A DNA stretch of 64,000 nt from a virus (Duplodnaviria > Caudoviricetes): IMG/VR virus record IMGVR_UViG_3300014204_000009, positions 27,966 through 91,965 of that record. One strand, written 5' to 3'. Under the pieces are notes generated by a model. It worked only from the letters and a program-made list of their open reading frames with translations, was not told the origin of the DNA and ran no database searches. Both the position numbers and the translations under genes were made by a program. Every line of letters begins with the position of its first letter. Within the stretch, counting starts at the first letter, position 1. Positions 42,331 to 52,498 of the stretch are shown one piece after another.

Positions 42331-42364
42331 TTTGTCAAAAGTATGTATTTTTTCGTTATCTTTA
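42331..42364 (+). promoter_or_regulatory. Bacteroidota-like promoter for the rightward block
   Basis: TTTG-N22-TATCTTTA (one mismatch to TAnnTTTG). Confidence 0.45.
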
Positions 42365-42547
42365 CATATCCCAACGGGGGAAAGGTAAACCAAATAATTG
42401 GGGGAAAAATGTATCCTTTTAATTATACTAATATAGTTACTAATGATGCAAATAATAAAACTAATGATATTATTACTTTTATAATGGTTAATAAAAGTAA
42501 TGTTTTTTTTTCATAGTTGTAATGGTTAAATAATGGTTATTACTAAT

Positions 42548-42672
42548 AATATAGGAGTTAATATATTAGATCATATTAATACTCCTATATTCTTTTAAAA
42601 TTGTGTTCATTCTACCATTGGAGAAAGGAAATTGAAGATCGCTATATCTAGAAATATAGCGTTCTTTGTTTT
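42548..42672 (+). terminator. Two hairpins (42548-42591, 42640-42661), each followed by T-rich runs
   Basis: aatataggagt...actcctatatt; cgctatat-ctagaa-atatagcg. Confidence 0.6.
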
Positions 42673-42730
42673 AAACAAGAATATAAACTTTCATAAATAA
42701 ATAAATTATAAACAATAAAATAGAATTATT

Positions 42731-43309
42731 ATGAATGAAATTAATGAAGTATGTTTAACTAATACTAATGTTAAACCAAAACATGGTAGAAGTATTGTTA
42801 GAGGAGTATTACAATTAAAAGTTAATCAGATTAAAAGTGAGAATATAGGTGAGGGTACTTTCTTTACTGGATTTTTTCTTGAAGGAACAACTGATCCAAA
42901 TCTAACTTTAGGTTGTGAAGTATTAATTGATAAGTCTATTGCTAAAACTTTAGGAGAATTTAAATATGATAAAATAGATAATCCTAGAGATTTGCATATT
43001 ATTAAAGAACTTATTGATTCTCTTCCTGGAAGACAAAGTAATGATATGATTGTTTCGGGAATTAAAGTTGAAGTTTGGGTATATTTTATGATGTGGAATA
43101 ATGATATTATTGGTGAAATTAATCCAGATTATATTAAACCTAAACCTACATTTAAACTTATTCCTGAATTAGAGGGTGTATTAACTGAAGGAGAAGAAGA
43201 AGAAAGCATGCTTAAACTTGAGAAAAGTTTAACTAATACTAAACTTTCAGGAAATGATGTTAAAAGAATCATTACTGTAGATAAACCTAAAATAGTTTTA
43301 CCTAACTAA
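42731..43309 (+). CDS. Conserved crAss-like protein (possibly GroES-like)
   Basis: First gene of rightward block; VKPKHGRSIVR..GCEVLI..DIIG. Confidence 0.45.
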   Translation: MNEINEVCLTNTNVKPKHGRSIVRGVLQLKVNQIKSENIGEGTFFTGFFLEGTTDPNLTLGCEVLIDKSIAKTLGEFKYDKIDNPRDLHIIKELIDSLPGRQSNDMIVSGIKVEVWVYFMMWNNDIIGEINPDYIKPKPTFKLIPELEGVLTEGEEEESMLKLEKSLTNTKLSGNDVKRIITVDKPKIVLPN

Positions 43310-43731
43310 TGAATCATAAAGCTAGAAATAAAGATCTTATTGATCAAACTATACTTAGAATAAAAGAGAAGTATCCTGATATGGATACTTTTCTTATTTA
43401 TGATTATAATACTAGATGTGATATTATTAGTAACATTATTAGTATTCATGAAGAGTCTATGATTGAATCTTCTAAAGAAAGTATAGATTTAGGTTTACCT
43501 TTTATTGGAAGATTAACTATTAAACAAGGTAGACTAATATATGATGAAGTAGTTAAAGATTATTTAAAAGATAATAATTTACAATCTAAAAAAGAACTTA
43601 CCTCTGAAGATAGAGATAATCTTGCTAGTACAATGAAAGTCAAAATGTTTGCTAAACAACAGAAGACTGCTCAAATCCCTACTGAAACAAGGGTTTTACA
43701 GTTTAACATAAAAGTTATTAACAATAGGTAA
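43309..43731 (+). CDS. IHF/HU-like DNA-binding protein
   Basis: LGLPFIGRLTIK. Confidence 0.55.
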   Translation: MNHKARNKDLIDQTILRIKEKYPDMDTFLIYDYNTRCDIISNIISIHEESMIESSKESIDLGLPFIGRLTIKQGRLIYDEVVKDYLKDNNLQSKKELTSEDRDNLASTMKVKMFAKQQKTAQIPTETRVLQFNIKVINNR

Positions 43732-43734
43732 ATC

Positions 43735-43767
43735 TTGTAATTTATACCTTATTATATAGTATATTTG
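43735..43767 (+). promoter_or_regulatory. Bacteroidota sigma-A promoter
   Basis: TTG-N22-TATATTTG, exact TAnnTTTG match. Confidence 0.6.
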
Positions 43768-43970
43768 TATTGGATTTTAAAATATACTACAATGAAAATA
43801 AACAAGTGTGCAATTACAAGAGGTGAAATTACAGTTAAAGATGTAACTAGAGAAAAGATGAATTGGGTAGATACTAATATGGATACTATTCTAACTGTTC
43901 CTGAAGGTACTACCAAAGTAGAAGGATTGACTATTAAACGATTACTAAATACATTTATAATCTTTTAATT

Positions 43971-44990
43971 ATGGACAGAAGTAATATAACTATTTTCTTT
44001 GATGAACCTTCTCATAAGTATACAGATTCTAATAATAGAATTTATACGAGTACTACTACTCTTATAGGTTATTATGAGAATAAGTTTGATAGTAAGAAAA
44101 TGGATATTGCTAGAGCTTGTGAAAAGATTGGAATGAATCCTGCACATCCTAAATATCAAAAGTATAAAGGTAAATCTGTATTTGAAATTCTATTAGAATG
44201 GGAACAAGCTAAAGACGAAGGTTGTAGAATAGGTAATGAAAAACATAATCATATTGATAATACAATTAAACTTTCAAATGGTTATAGATCATTAACTCAT
44301 ACTAATTTTACTAATACTAGATTATATACTATAAACGATATTTTAGTTAACCATAGTTTTGGTTTAGTAGATTTAGATTATTTTAAGGAACTTGGTATTA
44401 AAGATCTTTATCCTAAGATTTATAATACCATTTCTTATTTTGTTAAAGAAGGTTATAAAATATATAGTGAGATTGGTACTTTTGATCCTATTAATTTAGT
44501 ATCTGGTTTAATAGATGTTTTAGCGATTAAAGGTAATAAGTTTATACTTATTGATTGGAAGACTAACAAGGCTAGATTAATGTTTAAATCAGGATACTTT
44601 GAAAAAGATATAGAAGGTAATCTTACTGATAATTTTATTGAGAATGATGATAGATTTATATTTCCACTTCATAAATATCCTCAAAGTGTAGGTCATAAAT
44701 ATACTTTTCAATTAAGTATGTATGATTATCTTACAGAAGGTTTTGGATTAGAATGTATTGGAAATATATTATTTCATATAAGACATAATAATTATTTAGC
44801 AAATCATGAGGATGTTATAGAGAATCCTAGTTGGATTGAAAAACAGCAAGTAGATTCTTATCCTATTCAATATCTTAAAAATGATATGGCAATGCTTATA
44901 TCTAATTTTAATAAACGTAAAGCTTCTGGTGAAATAGATGCTCTTACTATTAAAGATAAATTTAAAAATAAAATGGTAGTTAATTATTAA
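43971..44990 (+). CDS. PD-(D/E)XK nuclease
   Basis: FDEPSHKY, GNEKH, SEIG..SGLID..IDWKTN, QLSMY. Confidence 0.88.
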   Translation: MDRSNITIFFDEPSHKYTDSNNRIYTSTTTLIGYYENKFDSKKMDIARACEKIGMNPAHPKYQKYKGKSVFEILLEWEQAKDEGCRIGNEKHNHIDNTIKLSNGYRSLTHTNFTNTRLYTINDILVNHSFGLVDLDYFKELGIKDLYPKIYNTISYFVKEGYKIYSEIGTFDPINLVSGLIDVLAIKGNKFILIDWKTNKARLMFKSGYFEKDIEGNLTDNFIENDDRFIFPLHKYPQSVGHKYTFQLSMYDYLTEGFGLECIGNILFHIRHNNYLANHEDVIENPSWIEKQQVDSYPIQYLKNDMAMLISNFNKRKASGEIDALTIKDKFKNKMVVNY

Positions 44991-45002
44991 ATAACTAATA
45001 TT

Positions 45003-45341
45003 ATGAAAAATCCAAAAATTATTGAAACTATTCACAAAGGAACTACATATAAAGTTCCTACTTATAAAGTTACTAATGAAGGACTTGATGATGGAGATGA
45101 AATTATAATTCAATTTTGTAAAGGTAATAAAGATGATGAAACTACTTTTAGACAAATTGGATTATTTACTGAAACTATAATTCAAGTTGCTAAACAATAT
45201 CTAGAGGATGTTAATATTGGAGAACTAGCAAATAGAGAAGCTTCAATGGCTATTACTAAACTTGATGAAGCATTAATGTGGATTAATAAAAGATCAGAAG
45301 ATAGAAAACTTAGAGGGGTACAAGGAACTTATAATAAGTAA
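45003..45341 (+). CDS. tad1: Tad1-family immune-signal sponge (anti-Thoeris)
   Basis: IQFCKG...NREASMAITKLDEALMWINKRSEDRKLRGVQGT matches the Tad1 pattern I.FQKG...RENA.A.T..EEALMW.N.R.EDR..R.V.GT. Confidence 0.8.
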   Translation: MKNPKIIETIHKGTTYKVPTYKVTNEGLDDGDEIIIQFCKGNKDDETTFRQIGLFTETIIQVAKQYLEDVNIGELANREASMAITKLDEALMWINKRSEDRKLRGVQGTYNK

Positions 45342-45342
45342 A

Positions 45343-46446
45343 GTGATGAAAAAGTTATTATTATTTATTGTATTATTCTTATCTATAAATGTACTATCTG
45401 CACAAGTTGTAGATTCTCTTCGTATTCATGTTCCTATAATGGATTATGCTTTTATTGATACAATTACTGATACAATTACAGGAGAAATGATATTCTGTAC
45501 TGATTGTTCCAGTACTGCTAGTGGAACACTAGTTATATTTAATAGAGGTAATTGGGAAACATTAGAAGGCACTTCTTTGAATATTCCATCTACTCCTACA
45601 CTAGATACTATTATTACTAGTTTAACTTCTATTGTTTGGGATTGGAATTTAGATACTACAGTAACTGGATATAAATGGAATATTACAAATACTTATTCTA
45701 CTGCTACAGATATGGATACAGTTCATACTAGAACAGAAACTAGTTTAACTTGTAATACAGTATATACTAGATATGTGTGGGCATATAATACATATGGTCA
45801 TTCATCTGTATTAACTATGAGTGATACTACTACTGATTGTTGGACTTGTGATTCAGTTACTGTTATTCATCTTGCTGATCTTATTGCTCCAGTTGCTGAT
45901 ACTATTACTTATTATGGAGTTACTGGAATTCTTGGAGAAACTACTAAATGTTGGACTACTCAAAACTTAGGTGCAACTACTCAACCAAGTGCTTATAATG
46001 ATACTGCTGTTGCTTCTCTAGGTTGGTATTTTCAATTTAATAGTAAACGTGGTTATCAATGGGAAGATAGTGTTAGAACTCCATCTAGTACATGGACTAG
46101 TTCTATTACTAGTAATTCAAGTTGGCTAACGGCTAATGATCCATGTGCTATTGAACTTGGAACTGGTTGGAGAATACCTACTAGTACTGAATGGTATAAT
46201 ATAGATAAAGAGAATGAATGGGTTAATAATGATAGTGTATATAATGATACTCTTTATTTACATGCTGCTGGTAGATTAACTAATACTACAGGAGCAATGA
46301 ATTATAGAGGTAGTAATGGTTATTATTGGAGTAGTACACAAGCAAGTTCTACACAAGGTAAGATATTTTATTTTACTTCAAGTGCTGCTAACATTACTAG
46401 TTATTATAAGACTGCTGCTTGTTCTATTAGATGTATTCATAATTAA
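45343..46446 (+). CDS. Secreted FN3 + Fib_succ_major (FISUMP/CLec-like) domain protein
   Basis: Signal MKKLLLFIVLFLSINVLSA|Q; YTRYVWAYN..G.S (FN3); WTTQNLGA, GWRIPT..EW, LHAAG, YYWSST, SIRCI; 13 D-[ST]-[AILVMT] sequons by hand count. Confidence 0.8.
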   Translation: MMKKLLLFIVLFLSINVLSAQVVDSLRIHVPIMDYAFIDTITDTITGEMIFCTDCSSTASGTLVIFNRGNWETLEGTSLNIPSTPTLDTIITSLTSIVWDWNLDTTVTGYKWNITNTYSTATDMDTVHTRTETSLTCNTVYTRYVWAYNTYGHSSVLTMSDTTTDCWTCDSVTVIHLADLIAPVADTITYYGVTGILGETTKCWTTQNLGATTQPSAYNDTAVASLGWYFQFNSKRGYQWEDSVRTPSSTWTSSITSNSSWLTANDPCAIELGTGWRIPTSTEWYNIDKENEWVNNDSVYNDTLYLHAAGRLTNTTGAMNYRGSNGYYWSSTQASSTQGKIFYFTSSAANITSYYKTAACSIRCIHN

Positions 46447-46452
46447 TATTAT

Positions 46453-46827
46453 ATGAGTATTTGGAATTTTTCTTTTGGTAAATATCAAACTAAAGAGTTT
46501 TATAAGAATAAAGAGCAATTTATTAATGATTTAGCAAGTAAAATTAATAGGAAGAAATCAAAAGAGATTGCTATATTAAAAGAAATTAAGAAAAAAGAGA
46601 TAAATAATAATATTTTTGTATTAGATATTAATTCTTTAACTCTCATTTTTAATTCTCTTTGTAAACATAAACCTACTTATAATAAAGGAAAAGATTTTAA
46701 TAGTAATTTTAAATGGAAAGATTGTAATGATTGTATATTAAGAAATATACCCGATAGAGATAAAGATTTATGTTTTTCTATTTGGCATAATGGTATTTTA
46801 AATAATAATAAAAATGCAAATATTTAA
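46453..46827 (+). CDS. Hypothetical Cys-containing protein
   Basis: LCKH..CNDC..LC. Confidence 0.5.
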   Translation: MSIWNFSFGKYQTKEFYKNKEQFINDLASKINRKKSKEIAILKEIKKKEINNNIFVLDINSLTLIFNSLCKHKPTYNKGKDFNSNFKWKDCNDCILRNIPDRDKDLCFSIWHNGILNNNKNANI

Positions 46828-47434
46828 AGTAGTAGATGGTGAACTTATAATTAATAGACCAGAGATTTTATTATATAAGAATCTAGGTACTATTCTACAT
46901 AGAGATAAAGATAGATTTAAAAAGCAAGCTTTTAAAGAGCTTGCTTATATTTATTTTACTAGAGACCCAGAATCTGTTGTATTTAAACATGGATATAATG
47001 AACAAGAAACTCATCAATATGCTGTTGATAATGCTAAATTAGATGATAGTTGGGAAGTCGATTCTATTATTAAAGGAGCACAAAAAGAATATGATATTGC
47101 TAATAGTTCAGTAATTAAAGATGTTATTAGAGAAGCACTTATTGCTTTTGCTAATTATACAAAAATCATTAAACTAGTTAGAAAACATATTGATAAAATA
47201 CTTAAAACTGCTGAAGAAATTGAAGGTGATTTAACTGTTGAAGAAATTAATAAATTAATTAGTTATAGTAATCAACTTATTGAAATAGGTAATGCTATTC
47301 CTGCAGTTAAAGATAAACTTTATAATAGTCTTAGAATTGTAGAAAAAAGTATGGATATTGATGATAATACTGATTTTGTTAGAGGAAGTGAAGAAGTAGT
47401 ACCTGAATCTTTTATGCCTGAAAATGATAAATAA
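46814..47434 (+). CDS. Conserved crAss-like protein upstream of TerL (candidate small terminase)
   Basis: RDKDR.K..AFKELAYIYF; synteny. Confidence 0.5.
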   Translation: MQIFKVVDGELIINRPEILLYKNLGTILHRDKDRFKKQAFKELAYIYFTRDPESVVFKHGYNEQETHQYAVDNAKLDDSWEVDSIIKGAQKEYDIANSSVIKDVIREALIAFANYTKIIKLVRKHIDKILKTAEEIEGDLTVEEINKLISYSNQLIEIGNAIPAVKDKLYNSLRIVEKSMDIDDNTDFVRGSEEVVPESFMPENDK

Positions 47435-47442
47435 AATAGAAT

Positions 47443-47878
47443 ATGAAATATAAAGAATTTAAAAAAGTACTTAGAAGTATATGTATAGATAATAATAGTA
47501 GTTTTAATGATAATTTACAATCATTTCTTACTAATAATCCTAACATAAAAATTCTTAATATTATAACTCATAAACCTTATCATATTACTATTATATATGA
47601 AGTTTTAGTTTTAGTAACTTTAGATAATAAAATATAATATGGATGAGGAACAAATTGAAATTCTAATTAATACTGCAAATTGTATTGATAATGTTTTATT
47701 ATTTAATAATAGTTCTAGATTTTGTACTAGTACTAGTTTTGAATTTATAGATTTTAGCAAAGTAAATGTTAATTGGATGAAAAATAATCAAGAGGATTTT
47801 ATTTGTAATACTAGAGAAAGATTAAGAGAAGGAATTATATATCCTAGCAATCCTAATTATTATTTATTTAACATATAA
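47443..47878 (+). CDS. Two small hypothetical proteins (47443-47637, 47639-47878)
   Basis: ORFs in operon. Confidence 0.5.
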
Positions 47879-50175
47879 TGGATAATATTTTATCTATACC
47901 TTCTCTTCCATTTATTGATTATGTCAATAGTGATAAATCTATTTATCCTCTTGCTAATACTATATTTAATGAGAATATACATAAGAATTATATTGATCCT
48001 GATAATGACTTTCTGATTGGACAATCAGGAGGTTTTTTAATGAATATTAATTTTAAGTTTACAGATACTCATTTATTTAATGAAGTAGCTAGAGAACATG
48101 AAAAGAATCTAAAAGATCCTGATATAGTTAAATGGGTTGATTCATTAAATGTTAGTCCAGTTACTTCTAATAAAGGTCAGTTTTATTATTGTCCCTATCT
48201 TCCTGGAACTCCTAATTATATTAAGTTTTGGGATAGAGAAAAGTATAGAAGAAGAGCTGGAATGACAGCTAAATGTAAGAAGTTAGATACTGGAGAAATT
48301 GTAAATTTAAGAATAACTGGAGATTTATATAACTACCTAAATTATGGTAGAATTATGAGAACTCCTACAGAAGAAGAATTTGAAGAATTACATTTAAAGG
48401 GAGATTATAAGACTGAATTAGTTGAAGGATTTCCTAGATTTTGGGATGGAGATTATTGGAATTTTAAGATTGACGAATTTATTGCTAGAAATAAGTTTCA
48501 TGAAGCTAAAGGAAAAGCTAGAGGTAAAGGATTCAGTTTTAAAAGAGGTAGTCAAGCTGCAAATACTATTAATTTAATTCCTAAAGTTACTGTTGTTTTA
48601 GCTGCTTATTTACTTGATTATTTAACTGATCCAGGAGCTACTACAAGTATGGCTAAAACTTGTTTAGACTGGTATGAGAATCATACTGCATGGAAAAGAG
48701 GTTATGTAACTGAATCAGTAGATGCTATACAAGTTGGTTTTAAAACTAAACGTGGTGGTAATAAACCTCAAGGTTATTTAGGTAGATTAATTAGTGTATC
48801 TACAAGAGGTAATTCTAGTGCTGCTATTGGTAAACGTGCATTAGAGATTGACTTTGAAGAGTCTGGTAAATTACCAAATCTATTAGAAGCATTAGATGTA
48901 ACATTAAGTTCAACTGAAGTAGGTTCTGGTAATGTAGGTACTATTAGAGTATATGGAACTGCTGGAGTTGAAGATGCTGACTGGGAACCATTTGCTCATT
49001 GTTTTTATGTTCCTGCTGCATATGATATGTTTCCTATGGAGAATGTCTGGGATGATAATGCTAGACATAATGTATGTGGTTTCTTCTTTCCTCAAGTATG
49101 GGATTATGAACCATATATAGATAAAGATGGAAATAGTTTACTTTGGGAAGGATATGTTGCAGATTATAAAGATAAACTTAGAAAGAAAAGTGAAGTATCT
49201 GCTAGTAAATATGAAATATATGTAGGACAAAGAGCTAATAAACCTGAAGAAGCTTTTAGAAGAGGTAGAGAGAATATCTTTAGTAGTCCTGAACTTACTC
49301 TTCACATTCAAGATATAAAGTATAATAAAGAACATAGATATTATAGAGATGGACAATTAGTTGAAACTAAAGATGGATTAGATTTTAAATCTAATATTGA
49401 ACTTTCTGATGGAGGTGCTACTATTCATCCTTATGTATCTGATTATCCGTTTAAACAAGGTAGTGATGTATATGGATGTATTAGAGAATATCACCCTCCT
49501 TTTAAAGTTAATGGTAATGTTCCTGACAATCTTTATGTAGTTATATATGATACTGTTGCTAAAGATAAGAAGTCTGACTTAATTATAAATAAGAATTCAC
49601 TTAATTGTATACAAGTTTGGATGTTACCTAATAGTATTGCTAATGCAAGAGGTGATATATTAGTTGCATCTTATGTTGGTAGACCTGAATTAATGAAGAC
49701 TGCTGATAGAATAGCTTATAATCTATGTAGAAGATACAATGCTAAGTTACTACCTGAAGTTAACGTTGGTAATACTATAAATAATTTTAAAGAATGGAAA
49801 GCTTTAAATATGATTTTAAAAGATCCTTCTTATATACTTTCTGGTAAACCTGAAACAGTTAATACTCCATATGGAACTATCATTGGAGATGATACTAAAG
49901 CTGATAATTATTTAAGTGATGCTAAAGAACTACTTTATAGTGAAGTTTCAGCAAATGAAGATGGAAAAAAACTCTTATTTTTACATTATATAAAGGACAT
50001 TGGATTACTTACTGAATTTGATAAGTTTAATAGAATAGGTAATTTCGATAGAATAAGTACATTCAGACTATATCCTAGTGTACGAAGTTATTATTCTCTT
50101 AAACGAACTAAAGCTAGTGAAACTACTACAAAAAGTGTTTTGCAAGCTATTAATTTATATGGTTATAATAATTAA
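47878..50175 (+). CDS. terL: Terminase large subunit
   Basis: KARGKGFS (Walker A), FEESG (Walker B), YGTAG, nuclease D..E..GNFDRIS. Confidence 0.93.
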   Translation: MDNILSIPSLPFIDYVNSDKSIYPLANTIFNENIHKNYIDPDNDFLIGQSGGFLMNINFKFTDTHLFNEVAREHEKNLKDPDIVKWVDSLNVSPVTSNKGQFYYCPYLPGTPNYIKFWDREKYRRRAGMTAKCKKLDTGEIVNLRITGDLYNYLNYGRIMRTPTEEEFEELHLKGDYKTELVEGFPRFWDGDYWNFKIDEFIARNKFHEAKGKARGKGFSFKRGSQAANTINLIPKVTVVLAAYLLDYLTDPGATTSMAKTCLDWYENHTAWKRGYVTESVDAIQVGFKTKRGGNKPQGYLGRLISVSTRGNSSAAIGKRALEIDFEESGKLPNLLEALDVTLSSTEVGSGNVGTIRVYGTAGVEDADWEPFAHCFYVPAAYDMFPMENVWDDNARHNVCGFFFPQVWDYEPYIDKDGNSLLWEGYVADYKDKLRKKSEVSASKYEIYVGQRANKPEEAFRRGRENIFSSPELTLHIQDIKYNKEHRYYRDGQLVETKDGLDFKSNIELSDGGATIHPYVSDYPFKQGSDVYGCIREYHPPFKVNGNVPDNLYVVIYDTVAKDKKSDLIINKNSLNCIQVWMLPNSIANARGDILVASYVGRPELMKTADRIAYNLCRRYNAKLLPEVNVGNTINNFKEWKALNMILKDPSYILSGKPETVNTPYGTIIGDDTKADNYLSDAKELLYSEVSANEDGKKLLFLHYIKDIGLLTEFDKFNRIGNFDRISTFRLYPSVRSYYSLKRTKASETTTKSVLQAINLYGYNN

Positions 50176-50193
50176 TATATTAATGTTTATTTA

Positions 50194-52464
50194 ATGAGTA
50201 ATACAACTAGTAAACCTAATCAAAAAACATCTATTTCTGAGAAACAAGAAAGAGATTGGTTTATCCAAAATGCAAATTATTGGATAAGTAAAGCTATATC
50301 TCTTAATGATAAACAATTTACTAGAGATTGTATAGATGCTGCTAATGGTATTATTAGTGATAATGTATTTGATTATGTTCTTAAGCCTCTTCAAATGGAT
50401 GAAGATAAACTTAAGAAATTGCCTGGAAAAATTAGAAATATAGATTTTCTTACTCCTATTAAAGAAAAGAATTTAGGAGAATATATACAACTTCCTTATA
50501 AGTTTCATGTTATAACCAATAGTCCTGATATAGTTGCCAAAAGAAATCAAGAAGTTCAAATGCTTAGATTTACTAAGTTACAAACTTTAATGGCAGAAGC
50601 TATACAAACTCAACAACCTATTGATGAAAAAGCACTTGCTGGAATTGAAAAGGAGGTTGATGATTATATTACTAATTGGACTGATGAGAAAGCTGCTAAA
50701 GGAAAAAGAACTATAAATTATATTAATGGTATTAATAACTTTGAAACTGAAAGAATACAAAGATTCTTTTATTGGTGGGCTACAGAAGAGTTTTATACAT
50801 ATAGAAGATTAGTTAATAAACATGTTATTGAAGAAACTATTAGTCCACTTGAAGCTTATCCTATTACTACTGGTACTCAATTTATAGAAGACTGTCCTGG
50901 TTTTGTAGTAATTAGAAGAATTAATATTCATGATATTAAAGTTAAGTATGAACAATATCTTTCTGAAAAGGATATGTTATATTTAACTGAACTTGAGACA
51001 AGTTATAAATCTTCTGAACCTTTACATTATTATAATTATGAGCAGATTTATAGTAGAACTGACTTTCCTGAATCAAATAGAAGTAGTTCTAGAAATAGAG
51101 ATGATATTATAAAAGTTGCAGAAGATGGTTTTGTTAAAGAATATTTAATTTGTTTTATCACTGATGTTAAACATACTATAAGATATTATATAAATCAAAT
51201 AGGAGTAGAAACTTCAGAAGTTGTAGATACAGATTATGTTTTAAATCCTGAATTAGGTGATATTAGACTTGAAGATAAATGGATTCAGGAAGCGTGGTGG
51301 CAGATTAGGATAGGTGAAGAAAGTGATGGTATTTATACAAAACCTATTCCATATGAAGTTCAAAGATATTCTACTGATGGAGCAGTAAAAATTCCATTTG
51401 GTGGTAAAAAAGGTTTACTTAGAGATAATTTTCTATATCCTATTCCTAAAAGGATAATTGGTTCTCTTGCTTTATATCAAATTATTAATCTTCAATTAGA
51501 GAGAACTATTGCTAAATATAAAGGCACTATTGAAGTTATTCCTCAATCGTTACTTAATGGTACAGATATAACTGATCCTCAAGCTACATATTTTTATATG
51601 TTAGCTGATAATAGACTTATTTATGATGATACTAAAGTTGGATTAGATGTTATAAATGGATATGTACTTAGAGGTAATGATGCAATTAGTACTTTCTTAA
51701 AAACTTTAATTGATTTAAGAGAAGGTATTAGAGCAGAAGCATGGGATATGTCTAATATGAATTCTAATAGATATGGTAGTGCTGCTCCTTCTGAAACTGT
51801 AAGAAACAATGTTAGCAATATTCAATTGGCTAGATTAGGTAGTGTATTAATGATTCAAATGTTTCATAAAGCATTAGAAAGAGATCATGCTGCTAATTTA
51901 GAATATGGTAAGATTGCTTATGTTGAAGGTTTATCTGGTTCTTATACAGATGCTTCTGGTAAAATAGAAGTAGTCCATTTAGGAGCTGGAGATTTATTAG
52001 AAGAAGACTTTGGAATATTTGTTATAGATAGTGTTATTGAAGATCAGAAACTAGAACAATATAAAAGTTTAGCATTTAATATGGGTCAAAATGGAGATCC
52101 TAATATTGCTTCAGCTAGTATTAATTCTGATAATTCTGCTGAATTACAAGTTCAAATTCGTAAGTTTGCAGAAGCTAAAAAAGAATTTGATATTGCTATG
52201 AAACAAATGGAACAAGATTCTGTTAAAATGCAAATTGAAGGAGCAGCTAAAGCAGTTGAAACTGCACATGCTAATACTATGAAAGAAATTCAACTTAAAG
52301 AAACTTTACAAACTGAAAGAGAAGTTGCTCTTAAAGAAATGGATAGTGAAACTAAATTAAAACTAGGTACGGAAAAGAATGTAACTACTACAAATAAAGC
52401 ATTAGTAGATAATGCTACTAAAATTGAAACAACTAAAATGAAGCCTAAAGCTTCTAGTAATTAA
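50194..52464 (+). CDS. Portal protein
   Basis: 756 aa directly after TerL; crAss synteny; coiled-coil C-terminus. Confidence 0.85.
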   Translation: MSNTTSKPNQKTSISEKQERDWFIQNANYWISKAISLNDKQFTRDCIDAANGIISDNVFDYVLKPLQMDEDKLKKLPGKIRNIDFLTPIKEKNLGEYIQLPYKFHVITNSPDIVAKRNQEVQMLRFTKLQTLMAEAIQTQQPIDEKALAGIEKEVDDYITNWTDEKAAKGKRTINYINGINNFETERIQRFFYWWATEEFYTYRRLVNKHVIEETISPLEAYPITTGTQFIEDCPGFVVIRRINIHDIKVKYEQYLSEKDMLYLTELETSYKSSEPLHYYNYEQIYSRTDFPESNRSSSRNRDDIIKVAEDGFVKEYLICFITDVKHTIRYYINQIGVETSEVVDTDYVLNPELGDIRLEDKWIQEAWWQIRIGEESDGIYTKPIPYEVQRYSTDGAVKIPFGGKKGLLRDNFLYPIPKRIIGSLALYQIINLQLERTIAKYKGTIEVIPQSLLNGTDITDPQATYFYMLADNRLIYDDTKVGLDVINGYVLRGNDAISTFLKTLIDLREGIRAEAWDMSNMNSNRYGSAAPSETVRNNVSNIQLARLGSVLMIQMFHKALERDHAANLEYGKIAYVEGLSGSYTDASGKIEVVHLGAGDLLEEDFGIFVIDSVIEDQKLEQYKSLAFNMGQNGDPNIASASINSDNSAELQVQIRKFAEAKKEFDIAMKQMEQDSVKMQIEGAAKAVETAHANTMKEIQLKETLQTEREVALKEMDSETKLKLGTEKNVTTTNKALVDNATKIETTKMKPKASSN

Positions 52465-52498
52465 CTTATAAAGAATAATAATCTAAAAAAGAATTACG

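Noticed and set aside
41625-42422. Track ORFs 41625-41822, 41650-41841, 41774-42037, 42147-42422
   Set aside because: Low-complexity or chance ORFs in AT-rich or regulatory DNA, with no recognisable motifs
45900-46446. Diversity-generating retroelement target (CLec-like C-terminus)
   Set aside because: No reverse transcriptase or template repeat seen in the window
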